Shown: positions 21,193 through 31,589 of the stretch, in pieces
Position numbering within the stretch: the stretch's first letter is position 1
Layout: each line of letters starts with the position of its first letter
DNA from: an uncultured Muribaculaceae bacterium
GTDB lineage: Bacteria; Bacteroidota; Bacteroidia; Bacteroidales; Muribaculaceae
Length of the DNA stretch: 64,000 nt
Reading direction: 5' to 3'
Assembly: GCA_947174635.1 (NCBI GenBank)
Contig: CAMWJS010000003.1
Coordinates: 37,597-101,596, forward strand
Program-made: the position numbers and the translations under genes
The notes under the pieces: generated by a model
The model's input: the letters and a program-made list of their open reading frames with translations, nothing else
Databases searched by the model: none
What the model was told of the DNA's origin: nothing

Positions 21193-23124
21193 TTATTTTT
21201 TGTTACGTTTGTTTCTGTTATTTCTGTCATGTCCGCCCCCCGGCCTATTGTGCGATAATCGGGAAGCGCTGTTGACAGCTTTGGAAAAACCGTGCGGGAA
21301 AAGCATTGCCAGCAGATCCTCGCGGTGCATCGATTTAAGCGAATTGATTATTTCGCGGTGATAGTTGCTGTCATACCAGAAGAAATACTTGCGTTGGGCG
21401 AGTTTTTGCTCCTGCGTATGTGCCGTAAACACTTTTTCGCCCGTATAGGGATGTATGCCCGTGTAATATATTTCGGTCGACAGCGTCATGGGGGTCGGAG
21501 TGAAATCCTGCACTTGCTCCAGATGCATGTTCATGCGCTGCGTCTTTACTGCAAGCTCCGCCATATCCACCTCCCTGCATCCTGGGTGAGATGATATGAA
21601 ATACGGTATCAGCTGTTGGTTGAGCCCATGCTTTGCATTGACTCGATGGAATATATCGCGGAATGCATGGAATTGTTCAAATTCCGGTTTCCTCATCAAA
21701 TTGAGCACATGCGGCTCCGTATGCTCCGGAGCCACCTTAAGCCGCCCGGAGACATGTCGGGCAATAAGTTCTTCATTATATCGGGAATTGGCGCTGTCGA
21801 TGCGCTTGTTGCCAGTGACATGCATAGACAAATCGTAACGTACGCCGCTCCCGATAAAGCTCTTCTTCATGCCCGGTAGAGCATCGACTGCATGGTATAC
21901 GTCAAGTAGTCTTGTGTGGTCTGTATTCAGATTGGGGCAGACTTTGGGATGAAGGCATGACGGTCGAAGACACTTCTCGCAGATGCCCTCATCATTGCCG
22001 CGCATGCCGTACATATTGGCCGACGGACCGCCCAAATCGCTTATATATCCTTTGAAATCAGCCATGTTTATCACCGCTTTGGCCTCTCGGATTATCGACT
22101 CTTTGGACCGCGAGGCAATGAATTTGCCCTGATGTGCAGAAATTGTGCAGAACGCACATCCGCCGAAGCAGCCGCGGTGCATATTGATGGAATGCTTTAT
22201 CATCTCGTAGGCCGGGATAGTCTTGCCCCGATAACGCGGGTGGGGCAGACGGGTGTACGGCAGGTCAAAAGACGCATCGATTTCTTCCGTTGTCATCGGT
22301 GGATACATCGGGGTGACCTTTACTGCCCGTCCTTCATCTATCTGCTGCCAGAGCGTGGCTCCGTGCCGGCGGTTGCTCTGCTGCTCGATATGCTTGAAAT
22401 TCTCGGCCTGGCACCGCTTCGATTTCTTGACCTCCATCCACGAATGCAATATAATATTGTTCGCGTCGGCTTCCGGCATCTCGCTTACCGGAACGATACG
22501 CGCGGTCTGAGGCAAATCTTTAAGTGATGTGATGTCTGCTCCTGCAGCAAGACTGTCGGCAAGTTCTATAATGCCCTTTTCCCCCATGCCGTACATAAGC
22601 AGATCGGCGGGCGCGTCGACAAGTATCGACTGGCGTAATGTGTCCTGCCAGTAATCATAATGTGACAGACGGCGCATAGATGCCTCTATTCCACCTATTA
22701 TTACAGGAACCGAGTCGCCATAAAGTTCACGAAGTATTCTTGTATATACAATTGTCGGATAGTCCGGACGCATCCCGGCTTTTCCGCCCGGAGTATAGGC
22801 GTCGTCTGACCGACGGCGGCGGTTGGCGGTGTAATGATTTACCATCGAGTCCATTGCACCCGCCGAAACTCCAAAAAACAGACGTGGCTTGCCAAGTTTG
22901 CGGAAATCGCGCAAATCGTCACGCCAGTTTGGTTGCGGCACTATTGCCACTCTGTAGCCATGCGATTGGAGTACACGTCCGAGCACTGCCGCTCCGAACG
23001 AAGGATGGTCGACATAGGCATCCCCTGAAAAGAGAATGACATCAATGTAATCCCATCCTAAAGCCTCCACTTCTTTTGCCGAAGTGGGCAGAAAACCAGC
23101 TCCGCCATTCGTCATATATTGCAT
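21193..23124 (-). CDS. ygiQ: YgiQ family radical SAM protein
   Basis: 643 aa with the N-terminal UPF0313 signature (DVILFSGDAYVDHPSFG), the cluster motif CFGGCAFC and a basic C-terminal tail. The stop abuts the peptidase start. Confidence 0.88.
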   Translation of the reverse strand: MQYMTNGGAGFLPTSAKEVEALGWDYIDVILFSGDAYVDHPSFGAAVLGRVLQSHGYRVAIVPQPNWRDDLRDFRKLGKPRLFFGVSAGAMDSMVNHYTANRRRRSDDAYTPGGKAGMRPDYPTIVYTRILRELYGDSVPVIIGGIEASMRRLSHYDYWQDTLRQSILVDAPADLLMYGMGEKGIIELADSLAAGADITSLKDLPQTARIVPVSEMPEADANNIILHSWMEVKKSKRCQAENFKHIEQQSNRRHGATLWQQIDEGRAVKVTPMYPPMTTEEIDASFDLPYTRLPHPRYRGKTIPAYEMIKHSINMHRGCFGGCAFCTISAHQGKFIASRSKESIIREAKAVINMADFKGYISDLGGPSANMYGMRGNDEGICEKCLRPSCLHPKVCPNLNTDHTRLLDVYHAVDALPGMKKSFIGSGVRYDLSMHVTGNKRIDSANSRYNEELIARHVSGRLKVAPEHTEPHVLNLMRKPEFEQFHAFRDIFHRVNAKHGLNQQLIPYFISSHPGCREVDMAELAVKTQRMNMHLEQVQDFTPTPMTLSTEIYYTGIHPYTGEKVFTAHTQEQKLAQRKYFFWYDSNYHREIINSLKSMHREDLLAMLFPHGFSKAVNSASRLSHNRPGGGHDRNNRNKRNKK

Positions 23125-23150
23125 TTGTAGATTATTCAGTTATAAATATG

Positions 23151-25208
23151 TTACTTGTTTGCACTGTCGGCAAGCATTTCCTCCAGTTTGATGATTTCAT
23201 CGCGCAGACGCGCAGCTTCAATAAATTCCATATTCTTTGCGGCCTTGCGCATGGCTGCCCGCTGTCGTTCGATATGTGCTTGTAAATCTTTGTCCGACAT
23301 GTAGGGAAGCACGGGGTCTGCGGCGATATTTGCAGTAGCCGTCTTGTATTCGCTGGCATAAGGGATTGGCTGAGCCTTTTTTGTCATCGACGGCGCTATG
23401 TCGGCTTCGTCAGCCTCAAATCCGATCAATGCATTGCGAGCCTTGACAATAGCTTTTGGCGTGATGCCGTGCTTTTCGTTATACGCGAGCTGCAGTGAGC
23501 GGCGTCTGTTGGTCTCGTCTATGGTGAGTTGCATTGAGTCGGTTACTTTGTCGGCATACATGATTACGGCGCCGTTGAGATTTCTTGCCGCGCGGCCCAC
23601 AGTCTGGGTCAACGAGCGGTGCGACCTCAGAAAACCTTCTTTGTCGGCATCAAGGATTGCGACAAGCGATACCTCGGGCAAGTCAAGTCCCTCGCGAAGA
23701 AGATTGACACCAATCAGCACATCGTAAACTCCGGCACGCAAATCGTCCAATATCTTTATTCTGTCCATGGTGTCGACATCCGAATGTATATATGCCGCTT
23801 TTATGTCGAGTTTTCCAAGATAATCGTTAAGTTCCTCCGCCATGCGTTTGGTAAGAGTTGTAACGAGAACACGCTCATGCACCTCACGGCGCCTGTCGAT
23901 CTCCATAATAAGGTCGTCGATCTGATTTAGTGTCGGACGTACCGATATTGTAGGATCGAGCAAACCGGTCGGACGTATTATCTGTTCTACGACAACACCC
24001 TCGCTCCGTATCAGCTCATAATCTGCGGGTGTTGCACTTACATAGACCACCTGAGGGGTCAATGCCTCGAATTCCTCGAAACGCAGCGGGCGGTTGTCAA
24101 TCGCCGACGGCAACCTGAAACCATAGTCTACAAGTGTACATTTGCGCGAAAGGTCACCTCCCGCCATGGCGCGTATCTGCGGAAGCGTGACATGGCTTTC
24201 ATCTATTACAGTCAGGAAATCATCGGGGAAATAATCAAGCAGGCAGAAGGGGCGAACTCCCGGCTCGCGCCCGTCGAAATAACGGCTGTAATTCTCGATG
24301 CCGGGACAATGTCCCACCTCGCGTATCATTTCAATGTCATAGCTCGTGCGTTCATAGAGACGTTTGGCTTCAAGTGGTTTTCCTTCCTGATTGAACATGT
24401 CGACACATCTCCCGAGGTCAATCTCCATATTGGCCAGCGCCGAAGCCTGGCGCTCTTTGGTTGTGACGAATATGTTGGCAGGGTAGATTTTAAAGCTGTC
24501 ATATACCCCGAGCGACACACCGTCCATCGGATGCAGTGTCTGGATTGATTCTATCTCATCGCCCCAGAATACAATGCGCAACACAATTTCCTCATACGCC
24601 AGACGTATGTCGACAGTGTCGCCTTTCACCCGGAAAGTGCCACGCGCAAGTTCGACTTCATTTCGCGAATACAGCGCTTCCGTCAGTCGGCGCAAAAACG
24701 CATTGCGTGCTATTTTTTGTCCGACATTCACGTCAATCACATTACTGTGAAAATCCTCGGGATTGCCGATGCCATAAAGACATGATACGGACGACACCAC
24801 AATGACATCACGGCGTCCTGAGAGAAGGGCAGAGGTAGTGGCAAGCCTCAACCGGTCAATCTCATCATTTATCATCAGGTCCTTTTCGATATACTTGTCG
24901 ACGGATGGAATATAGGCCTCCGGCTGATAATAATCATAATATGACACAAAATATTGGACGGAATTTTCGGGAAAGAATGATTTGAACTCACTGTATAACT
25001 GAGCGGCAAGAGTCTTGTTGTGGCTCAATATAAGGGTGGGGCGGTTCACCCGCTCAATGAGATTCGCAATGGTAAACGTCTTGCCGGAACCGGTTACGCC
25101 AAGAAGTGTCTGCGCAGGCAGATTGTCAATGACACCTTTGGCCAGTTGCTCGATGGCCTCAGGCTGGTCGCCGGTCGGTTTATATTGGGAATTCAGCTTG
25201 AAATTCAT
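23151..25208 (-). CDS. uvrB: Excinuclease ABC subunit B
   Basis: 685 aa with Walker A GVTGSGKT, helicase motifs and the C-terminal UVR domain (FIEAARLRDEIIKLEE). Confidence 0.96.
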   Translation of the reverse strand: MNFKLNSQYKPTGDQPEAIEQLAKGVIDNLPAQTLLGVTGSGKTFTIANLIERVNRPTLILSHNKTLAAQLYSEFKSFFPENSVQYFVSYYDYYQPEAYIPSVDKYIEKDLMINDEIDRLRLATTSALLSGRRDVIVVSSVSCLYGIGNPEDFHSNVIDVNVGQKIARNAFLRRLTEALYSRNEVELARGTFRVKGDTVDIRLAYEEIVLRIVFWGDEIESIQTLHPMDGVSLGVYDSFKIYPANIFVTTKERQASALANMEIDLGRCVDMFNQEGKPLEAKRLYERTSYDIEMIREVGHCPGIENYSRYFDGREPGVRPFCLLDYFPDDFLTVIDESHVTLPQIRAMAGGDLSRKCTLVDYGFRLPSAIDNRPLRFEEFEALTPQVVYVSATPADYELIRSEGVVVEQIIRPTGLLDPTISVRPTLNQIDDLIMEIDRRREVHERVLVTTLTKRMAEELNDYLGKLDIKAAYIHSDVDTMDRIKILDDLRAGVYDVLIGVNLLREGLDLPEVSLVAILDADKEGFLRSHRSLTQTVGRAARNLNGAVIMYADKVTDSMQLTIDETNRRRSLQLAYNEKHGITPKAIVKARNALIGFEADEADIAPSMTKKAQPIPYASEYKTATANIAADPVLPYMSDKDLQAHIERQRAAMRKAAKNMEFIEAARLRDEIIKLEEMLADSANK

Positions 25209-25470
25209 TGTAAAAAAGGAAATAAATCAACTTACAAATATACAAAATTTTTAGGCCGAATCCAAACAAAAATGCCGACGCCTTGATTGTTTCGCGATTA
25301 TTAACATTGCCGCCAAAACGAACCAATGCTCATTTATAAATGTTAAAATGATGAAAGATTAAATAGCTAAAATTAACATCAAAATTCACATTTACAACGT
25401 TTTTATTATATAACTTTGTAAATACTATGCAATACGGAATAATAATAACACATAAATAAAACTCGCCAAT

Positions 25471-26478
25471 ATGAGCACAATGCCAACTAACATGGTCAAC
25501 ATTCGTGATTTAAACGATTTGGTCGCAAGTAAAAACGATTTCGTCAAGTTGATTACAAAGGGGATGGACCAGACAATAGTCGGTCAGAAACATCTTATAG
25601 AATCTCTTCTCATTGCAATGCTTTCCAACGGGCATGTCCTTCTTGAAGGTGTCCCTGGCCTTGCAAAGACTCTGGCTATAAAAACCCTCGCACAGATTAT
25701 CGATGCCAAATACAGCCGTATTCAGTTTACTCCCGATTTGCTCCCTGCCGATGTGCTCGGTACAATGATTTATTCTGTACAGAAAGAGACTTTCCAGATT
25801 AAACGAGGCCCTATCTTTGCCAACTTCGTGCTTGCCGACGAAATAAACCGCGCCCCGGCCAAAGTTCAGTCTGCACTTCTGGAGGCAATGCAGGAGCGTC
25901 AGGTGACAATCGGCGACACGACATTCGCCCTTGATGACCCATTCCTGGTGATGGCGACACAAAACCCGATAGAGCAGGAAGGTACTTATCCGCTTCCCGA
26001 AGCTCAGGTCGACCGTTTCCTTCTTAAAGTTGTCATCGGCTATCCTTCACGCGAAGAAGAGCGCCTGATTATCCGTCAGAACATCTCAAACGAAAAGCCC
26101 AATATCGTTCCGTTGATAAGACCGCAGGAGATTATCGAGGCGCAGAAGATTGTCGAGATGATCTACATCGATGAAAAGATTGAGAAATATATCATTGATA
26201 TAGTTTTTGCAACCCGTTATCCCAAAGAGGCGGGGCTGGCCGACCTTACCAATATCATCGCCTTTGGAGCGTCGCCACGTGCATCTATCTCGTTGGCAAA
26301 AGCAGCGCGTGCCTATGCGTTCCTGCACAATCGCGGATATGTCATCCCCGAAGATGTACGTGCCGTGTGTCACGATGTCATGCGTCACCGCATCGGTCTG
26401 ACTTATGAAGCAGAGGCCAACAATATCACGGCCGATGAAATCATATCCAACATCCTTGACAAAGTGGAAGTGCCCTGA
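25471..26478 (+). CDS. MoxR-type AAA+ ATPase (first gene of the Bat/aerotolerance operon)
   Basis: 335 aa with Walker A GVPGLAKT, Walker B LADEINRA and an ATQNPIE sensor segment. Confidence 0.92.
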   Translation: MSTMPTNMVNIRDLNDLVASKNDFVKLITKGMDQTIVGQKHLIESLLIAMLSNGHVLLEGVPGLAKTLAIKTLAQIIDAKYSRIQFTPDLLPADVLGTMIYSVQKETFQIKRGPIFANFVLADEINRAPAKVQSALLEAMQERQVTIGDTTFALDDPFLVMATQNPIEQEGTYPLPEAQVDRFLLKVVIGYPSREEERLIIRQNISNEKPNIVPLIRPQEIIEAQKIVEMIYIDEKIEKYIIDIVFATRYPKEAGLADLTNIIAFGASPRASISLAKAARAYAFLHNRGYVIPEDVRAVCHDVMRHRIGLTYEAEANNITADEIISNILDKVEVP

Positions 26479-26605
26479 TGCATATCCTTAATCTTTAGCT
26501 GAATTATCGCGTGAGGCACATATGCATCCACGCTTAAACTGACACTATAGAACGGGACGGCGGGAACCGTACTGACACCACCGCCATCCTTATGACAATA
26601 CAATT

Positions 26606-27481
26606 ATGGACGCTAACGAACTCCTTAAAAAAGTAAGACGCATCGAGATAAAGACCCGAGGGCTCTCCCGCAATATTTTTGCGGGAGAATACCACTCTGC
26701 ATTCAAGGGCAGGGGTATGACTTTCTCAGAAGTAAGGGAATATCAGTATGGCGACGACATCCGCGACATCGACTGGAATGTCACGGCAAGACACAATCAC
26801 CCTTATGTAAAAGTCTACGAAGAGGAACGCGAGATGACAGTCATGCTTCTTATTGATGTGTCGTCGAGCCGTTACTTTGGAGCGGTAGGCGAAGAAAAAC
26901 GCCAGATGATTGCTGAAATTGCGGCCACTGTTGCATTTTCGGCAATTCAAAACAACGACAAGGCCGGCGTCATATTCTTCTCGGACAAAATTGAAAAATT
27001 CATACCGCCAAAGAAGGGTCGTAAGCATATTCTTCTTATAATACGAGAACTTCTTGATTTTACTCCCGATAGTCAGGGCACGGATCTCTCGGTTGTCTTG
27101 AAATACTTCTCCGACGCATTGAAAAAGCGTTGCACTACATTCCTCATTTCGGACTATATCGACGAGCATGACTATTCGCGGGCGTTAAGTATCGCAGCCA
27201 ACCGCCATGACATATACGGCATCCAGGTTTACGACAAGCGTGACAGCAAACTTCCAAATGTAGGGCTGATGCGGGTATCCGACCTCGAGACCGGAGCTGA
27301 CCGATGGATCAACACTTCGTCGAAAAAAGTCAGACGTACATTTGAAAAATGGTGGTATGAGCGTCAGCAGACAATGATGGAAACTCTCCGAAAAAGCAGG
27401 GTTGATTTCGTCTCGGTCTCCACTGACGAAGATTATGTCGCGCCCTTGATGAGTCTCTTCAAAAAGCGTACGGTAAGATAG
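26606..27481 (+). CDS. DUF58 domain protein (MoxR partner)
   Basis: 291 aa with the motif REYQYGDDIRDIDW typical of DUF58, in the conserved position after moxR. Confidence 0.88.
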   Translation: MDANELLKKVRRIEIKTRGLSRNIFAGEYHSAFKGRGMTFSEVREYQYGDDIRDIDWNVTARHNHPYVKVYEEEREMTVMLLIDVSSSRYFGAVGEEKRQMIAEIAATVAFSAIQNNDKAGVIFFSDKIEKFIPPKKGRKHILLIIRELLDFTPDSQGTDLSVVLKYFSDALKKRCTTFLISDYIDEHDYSRALSIAANRHDIYGIQVYDKRDSKLPNVGLMRVSDLETGADRWINTSSKKVRRTFEKWWYERQQTMMETLRKSRVDFVSVSTDEDYVAPLMSLFKKRTVR

Positions 27482-27534
27482 TTTGCCTCCTTGCCAATCC
27501 TATTTCAGGTATTTTTTCTTATTATTACCATCCT

Positions 27535-28641
27535 ATGCGATTTATTACGATAAAAAAGCAAGCCATTGCATCAGTTGCATTATTGGCATTGACCGCAGTC
27601 TCGATGTCGGCACGTCGTCCGGTTGTGAAGATGAGCGTTGATTCATCAGCCATCCTTATGGGCTATACTGTCGACTTGCATCTGACTGTCGACGATGCCA
27701 ATGCATCGGACTTGTCTAAATTTATCATACAGCCCGACTCTGCCGCAACTGCAGCCGGAAACAAAACCGACTCCGGTATTCTTCAGTTGACCCCGGGGGT
27801 AGAAGTGGCAGAAGGCTATGAAACCCCGTCGGTAACCCGTACGACAAAAGCCGACGGTACAAGCCTGCTCCAGTCAATAATCAAGATTCAATCTTTTGAT
27901 TCGGGAGACTATATCATACCGCCGGTTCTGTACACCAACGGACATGATACGGTTTTATCCAACAGCGTGGCGCTCAGAGTATATCCGGTCGATACCATAA
28001 CGGCTCAAAGCGACCTTATGCCATTGAACTCGGTCATGCCGCCCTACAACCGTAAATTCATTGACTATTTGCCCGACTGGCTTGTTGACAATTGGCTTTA
28101 CATCGTAATCGCATTGGTAATTGTCGCCGGTGGAATATGCGCGTACCTGTTGCTCACCCATAAGGTCAAAATCAACATTTTGCCGCAGAAGAAGCCCGAG
28201 CCTCCGTATGATGTCGCAATTGCGAAACTGTCACGGTTGCGCGAAGAGCAATTGTGCGAGCAAGGCCTGCAAAAGGAATTTTATACTCGTCTGACAGATA
28301 TTTTGCGAGAATATCTTGACCGACGGTTCGGCATCAATGCCATGGAGATGACATCCACGCAGATACGTCATGCCCTGAATAGCTCCCGCGACGAAATCAT
28401 GTCGAAAGAACTTGTCGAACAAGTCCTTGAAATAGCTGACTTTGTCAAATTTGCAAAAGCCAAGCCTCACGGCGACGATAACATCAAGGCATTTGATGCC
28501 GCATGCCGTTTCGTCGAAGACACTCGCCCGGTCGAGACTGATGACAATGCGCCGTCTTCAGATGACGGTCAGGCTAAAAATCCAAATTCAGCTTCAGGGA
28601 CGAAAACGTCTGATGTTAAAACCGGGGCCAAAGGAGCTTAA
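27535..28641 (+). CDS. Bat-operon membrane protein (BatD-like N-terminal domain plus TM plus DUF4381-like helical region)
   Basis: 368 aa with a signal peptide, a central TM helix (WLYIVIALVIVAGGICAYLLL) followed by PPYDVAIAKLSRLREE, and a low-complexity C-terminus. It is located between DUF58 and batA. Confidence 0.6.
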   Translation: MRFITIKKQAIASVALLALTAVSMSARRPVVKMSVDSSAILMGYTVDLHLTVDDANASDLSKFIIQPDSAATAAGNKTDSGILQLTPGVEVAEGYETPSVTRTTKADGTSLLQSIIKIQSFDSGDYIIPPVLYTNGHDTVLSNSVALRVYPVDTITAQSDLMPLNSVMPPYNRKFIDYLPDWLVDNWLYIVIALVIVAGGICAYLLLTHKVKINILPQKKPEPPYDVAIAKLSRLREEQLCEQGLQKEFYTRLTDILREYLDRRFGINAMEMTSTQIRHALNSSRDEIMSKELVEQVLEIADFVKFAKAKPHGDDNIKAFDAACRFVEDTRPVETDDNAPSSDDGQAKNPNSASGTKTSDVKTGAKGA

Positions 28642-28693
28642 CGCAGTAAGAGACAACGTTTGTTACTTGTAAAATGAATATAAAAAATAAGAC

Positions 28694-29698
28694 ATGCAGT
28701 TAGCTTATCCCAAAATATTATGGTTGTTTCTGGTGTACATACCGCTTATCGCATGGTACATTGTCAAGCAACGCAACTCATATCCGGCGATGAAGATATC
28801 ATCGCTGTCACCGTTTGCTAAACTGCCGGGGTCATTCAAAGCATCGTGCCGCCACCTGCTTTTTGTGCTTCAGCTTCTTGCCTTGGGGTGCATAATTGTA
28901 GCCCTGGCGCGTCCGCAGACCCACGACAGCTGGCGTAAATCATCGGTCGACGGTACGGATATAGTCCTGGCTATGGATATTTCCGGCTCAATGCTTGCCC
29001 ACGACTATTACAATGGCAAGCCTGAGAAGAAAAATCGTATGGAATCGGCAAAAGAAGTAGCTACACGCTTCATTTCTAACCGGCAGAATGACAATATCGG
29101 TATTGTGATATTTGCAGGCGAAGCCCTGACCGGAGTGCCGATGACAGTAGATAAAGCTACATTGGTAAACTATCTGACCACCGTGCGTGAAGGTATGCTT
29201 GCCGACGGTACGGCAATCGGCGACGGCCTCGCAACCTCCATCAACCGTATTATTTCCGGGAAAGCCAAAAGCAAGAGTATAATCCTGCTTACCGACGGCA
29301 CCAACAATTCCGGCATGGTGGCGCCGCTTACCGCTGCTGAAATAGCCAAGGAGCATGGAATAAAAGTATACACCATCGGAATCGGTGCCAACGGCACTGC
29401 CGACTTCCCTCAGGTTGACTACTTCGGACGCATTTCTTATGTACCATCCCAGGTAGTTATTGATGAAGCCACACTGCAGCAGATTGCGAATATTACCGAT
29501 GGAAAATATTTCCGTGCCACCGACCGTCAGATGCTTGACAATATTTTTGATGAGATAGACCGTCTTGAGACGACAAGCATCGATGTCAACCACTTCACAC
29601 ACACTGAAGACAATTACGAATTGCTGGTGTGGATAGCACTGGGACTTATTCTGGCGCAAGTGCTCCTCCGCCACACATATCTGCGTACAATCCCCTAA
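28694..29698 (+). CDS. batA: VWA domain protein BatA
   Basis: 334 aa with N- and C-terminal TM helices flanking a VWA domain that has the MIDAS motif DISGSM. Confidence 0.85.
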   Translation: MQLAYPKILWLFLVYIPLIAWYIVKQRNSYPAMKISSLSPFAKLPGSFKASCRHLLFVLQLLALGCIIVALARPQTHDSWRKSSVDGTDIVLAMDISGSMLAHDYYNGKPEKKNRMESAKEVATRFISNRQNDNIGIVIFAGEALTGVPMTVDKATLVNYLTTVREGMLADGTAIGDGLATSINRIISGKAKSKSIILLTDGTNNSGMVAPLTAAEIAKEHGIKVYTIGIGANGTADFPQVDYFGRISYVPSQVVIDEATLQQIANITDGKYFRATDRQMLDNIFDEIDRLETTSIDVNHFTHTEDNYELLVWIALGLILAQVLLRHTYLRTIP

Positions 29699-29714
29699 TA
29701 AATATTATCTAATC

Positions 29715-30755
29715 ATGGATTTTGCCCACCCTGAAATATTATACCTGCTGGCCATATTGCCCGTTATGCTGGCAATGTATTGGCTTGCCCGTTTCGCCAG
29801 GAAACGCAAACTGGAACGTTACGGCAGACTGGAAACAATCTCGCCACTGATGCCGGAAGCCTCAAAGTATAAGCCGGCAATCAAAATCACTCTCATGATG
29901 CTTGTCGTGGCATCTCTGATAATTGCTTTGGCAAGACCACGGCACGGCGAGCGCGAAGTGGCTGAAACACGTGAAGGCATCGAGATAATGATTGCAGTCG
30001 ACGTGTCGCGTTCGATGCTTGCTTCATCAACCGACGATGCAAGAGGCATTTCCCGCCTTGACCGTGCAAAGTTCCTGTTTACAAAACTGATTAACAGTCT
30101 TGAAAATGATAAAATAGGACTTGTCGTTTTCGCAGGTAACTCCTCGTTGCAGCTGCCGATTACCAATGATTTTGTTTCCGCTAAAATCTACATCAACGAC
30201 CTGTCTACATCAATGATCAACGAGCAGGGTACGGATATCGGTGCTGCGATAGATATGGCACTCCAGGGTTTCTCATCTGATGAAGACGTCAATAAGGCCA
30301 TCATATTGCTGACTGATGCGGAAGACCATGAGGAGCAGGCAGTAGCCATGGCCGACAAAGCCCGTCAGGCCGGCGTACAGGTTAACGTTATCGGAGTCGG
30401 AACCGCCAAGGGTGCCCTGATACCTGTAGATGGCAGCAACTCCGAATTCCTTAAAGACGAGACCGGCACACCTGTCACTACCCGATTTAATGCTGAGTCT
30501 GCAAAAATGATAGCACAAAGCGGAAACGGAAATTATATCAACGGAAACGATTCCGATGCAGACCGACAGATGATAAAATTGCTTGACCAAATCGACAAGG
30601 CAAATCTCGGCTCTGTAAAATATAAAGCATCCGCCGAACGGTTCTATATATTCCTGTGGATAGCGTTCGCCTTTATAATTATTGATATTTTTGTTCTCGA
30701 CCGCAAAATCGGTTGGCTGAGCAAAATCAACTTTTTTAGCAAGCCTGTAAAATGA
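29715..30755 (+). CDS. batB: VWA domain protein BatB
   Basis: 346 aa with TM helices and a VWA domain with MIDAS DVSRSM. Confidence 0.85.
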   Translation: MDFAHPEILYLLAILPVMLAMYWLARFARKRKLERYGRLETISPLMPEASKYKPAIKITLMMLVVASLIIALARPRHGEREVAETREGIEIMIAVDVSRSMLASSTDDARGISRLDRAKFLFTKLINSLENDKIGLVVFAGNSSLQLPITNDFVSAKIYINDLSTSMINEQGTDIGAAIDMALQGFSSDEDVNKAIILLTDAEDHEEQAVAMADKARQAGVQVNVIGVGTAKGALIPVDGSNSEFLKDETGTPVTTRFNAESAKMIAQSGNGNYINGNDSDADRQMIKLLDQIDKANLGSVKYKASAERFYIFLWIAFAFIIIDIFVLDRKIGWLSKINFFSKPVK

Positions 30756-31537
30756 AACACCGTTTTATTACTATTATAATACTATTGCTGAGCGTCTCCG
30801 CCGTTGCTGAAATAGCGGCAGCCGAGCCTATGACAACACGTAAGGAACGTAACTATATATTGAAAGCAAATGAAGCTTTCAATGAAAAAGATTACGAAAA
30901 AGCCATCGAGTTGTATAATATGGCACTGGGGATAAATCCCGCCAGTGAGCGGGCGAAGTTCAATCTTGCCGTTTCAATGGTGAAACGCGCCGATGAAATA
31001 GGTGGAGCCGGTGGCAATGACCATAATATAAGTCCTGCCGCCCCAAATGCTGCCGATTCATTAAGCCTCGGAATGAAACAAAGTGCCAATAAAATATTCA
31101 ATGAGCTTTATGAGGGGAGCACTGATAAACTGACCAGAGAAAACTCGGCCTACAATTCCGGGAATCTGTTTTTCAGCGAAAACGAACTCTCTCAAAGTAT
31201 AGAACAGTATAAAAAAGCGCTCCGTCTCAATCCTGCAAACGACAACGCAAGGCATAACCTGAGAGTCGCCCAGCTCAGACTGCAGCAACAGCAGAATCAG
31301 GACGATAATGAAGACCAGCAGGACAAACAAGATGAGCAGCAACAAAAAGAGCAACAGGAGCAAGAGCAGCAACAACAGCAACAGCAGCCTCAGCCTCAGC
31401 CACAAGCGCCGCAACCCAAGCAGTCAAACTCCGAGAACATACTGAATGCCGCCCAGCAGAACGAGTCGAAAACCCGACAGCGTCTGGAAAAGCAGCAGGT
31501 GCCGGTTGCTCCACGTTACCATAATAAGCCCTGGTAA
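30752..31537 (+). CDS. batC: TPR protein BatC with Gln-rich tail
   Basis: 261 aa with a signal peptide, TPR repeats (YEKAIELYNMALGINP, QSIEQYKKALRLNP) and a Q/E/D-rich low-complexity tail. The start overlaps the batB stop. Confidence 0.8.
   Translation: MKHRFITIIILLLSVSAVAEIAAAEPMTTRKERNYILKANEAFNEKDYEKAIELYNMALGINPASERAKFNLAVSMVKRADEIGGAGGNDHNISPAAPNAADSLSLGMKQSANKIFNELYEGSTDKLTRENSAYNSGNLFFSENELSQSIEQYKKALRLNPANDNARHNLRVAQLRLQQQQNQDDNEDQQDKQDEQQQKEQQEQEQQQQQQQPQPQPQAPQPKQSNSENILNAAQQNESKTRQRLEKQQVPVAPRYHNKPW
31280..31425 (+). repeat. CAG/CAA-rich low-complexity coding tract (poly-Gln region of BatC)
   Basis: The translated stretch is QQQQNQDDNEDQQDKQDEQQQKEQQEQEQQQQQQQPQPQPQAPQPKQ. Confidence 0.9.
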
Positions 31538-31589
31538 CGGTCCGTATATTATCTCCCAATGTATCTACTAACATGTCATCGATGTGATA

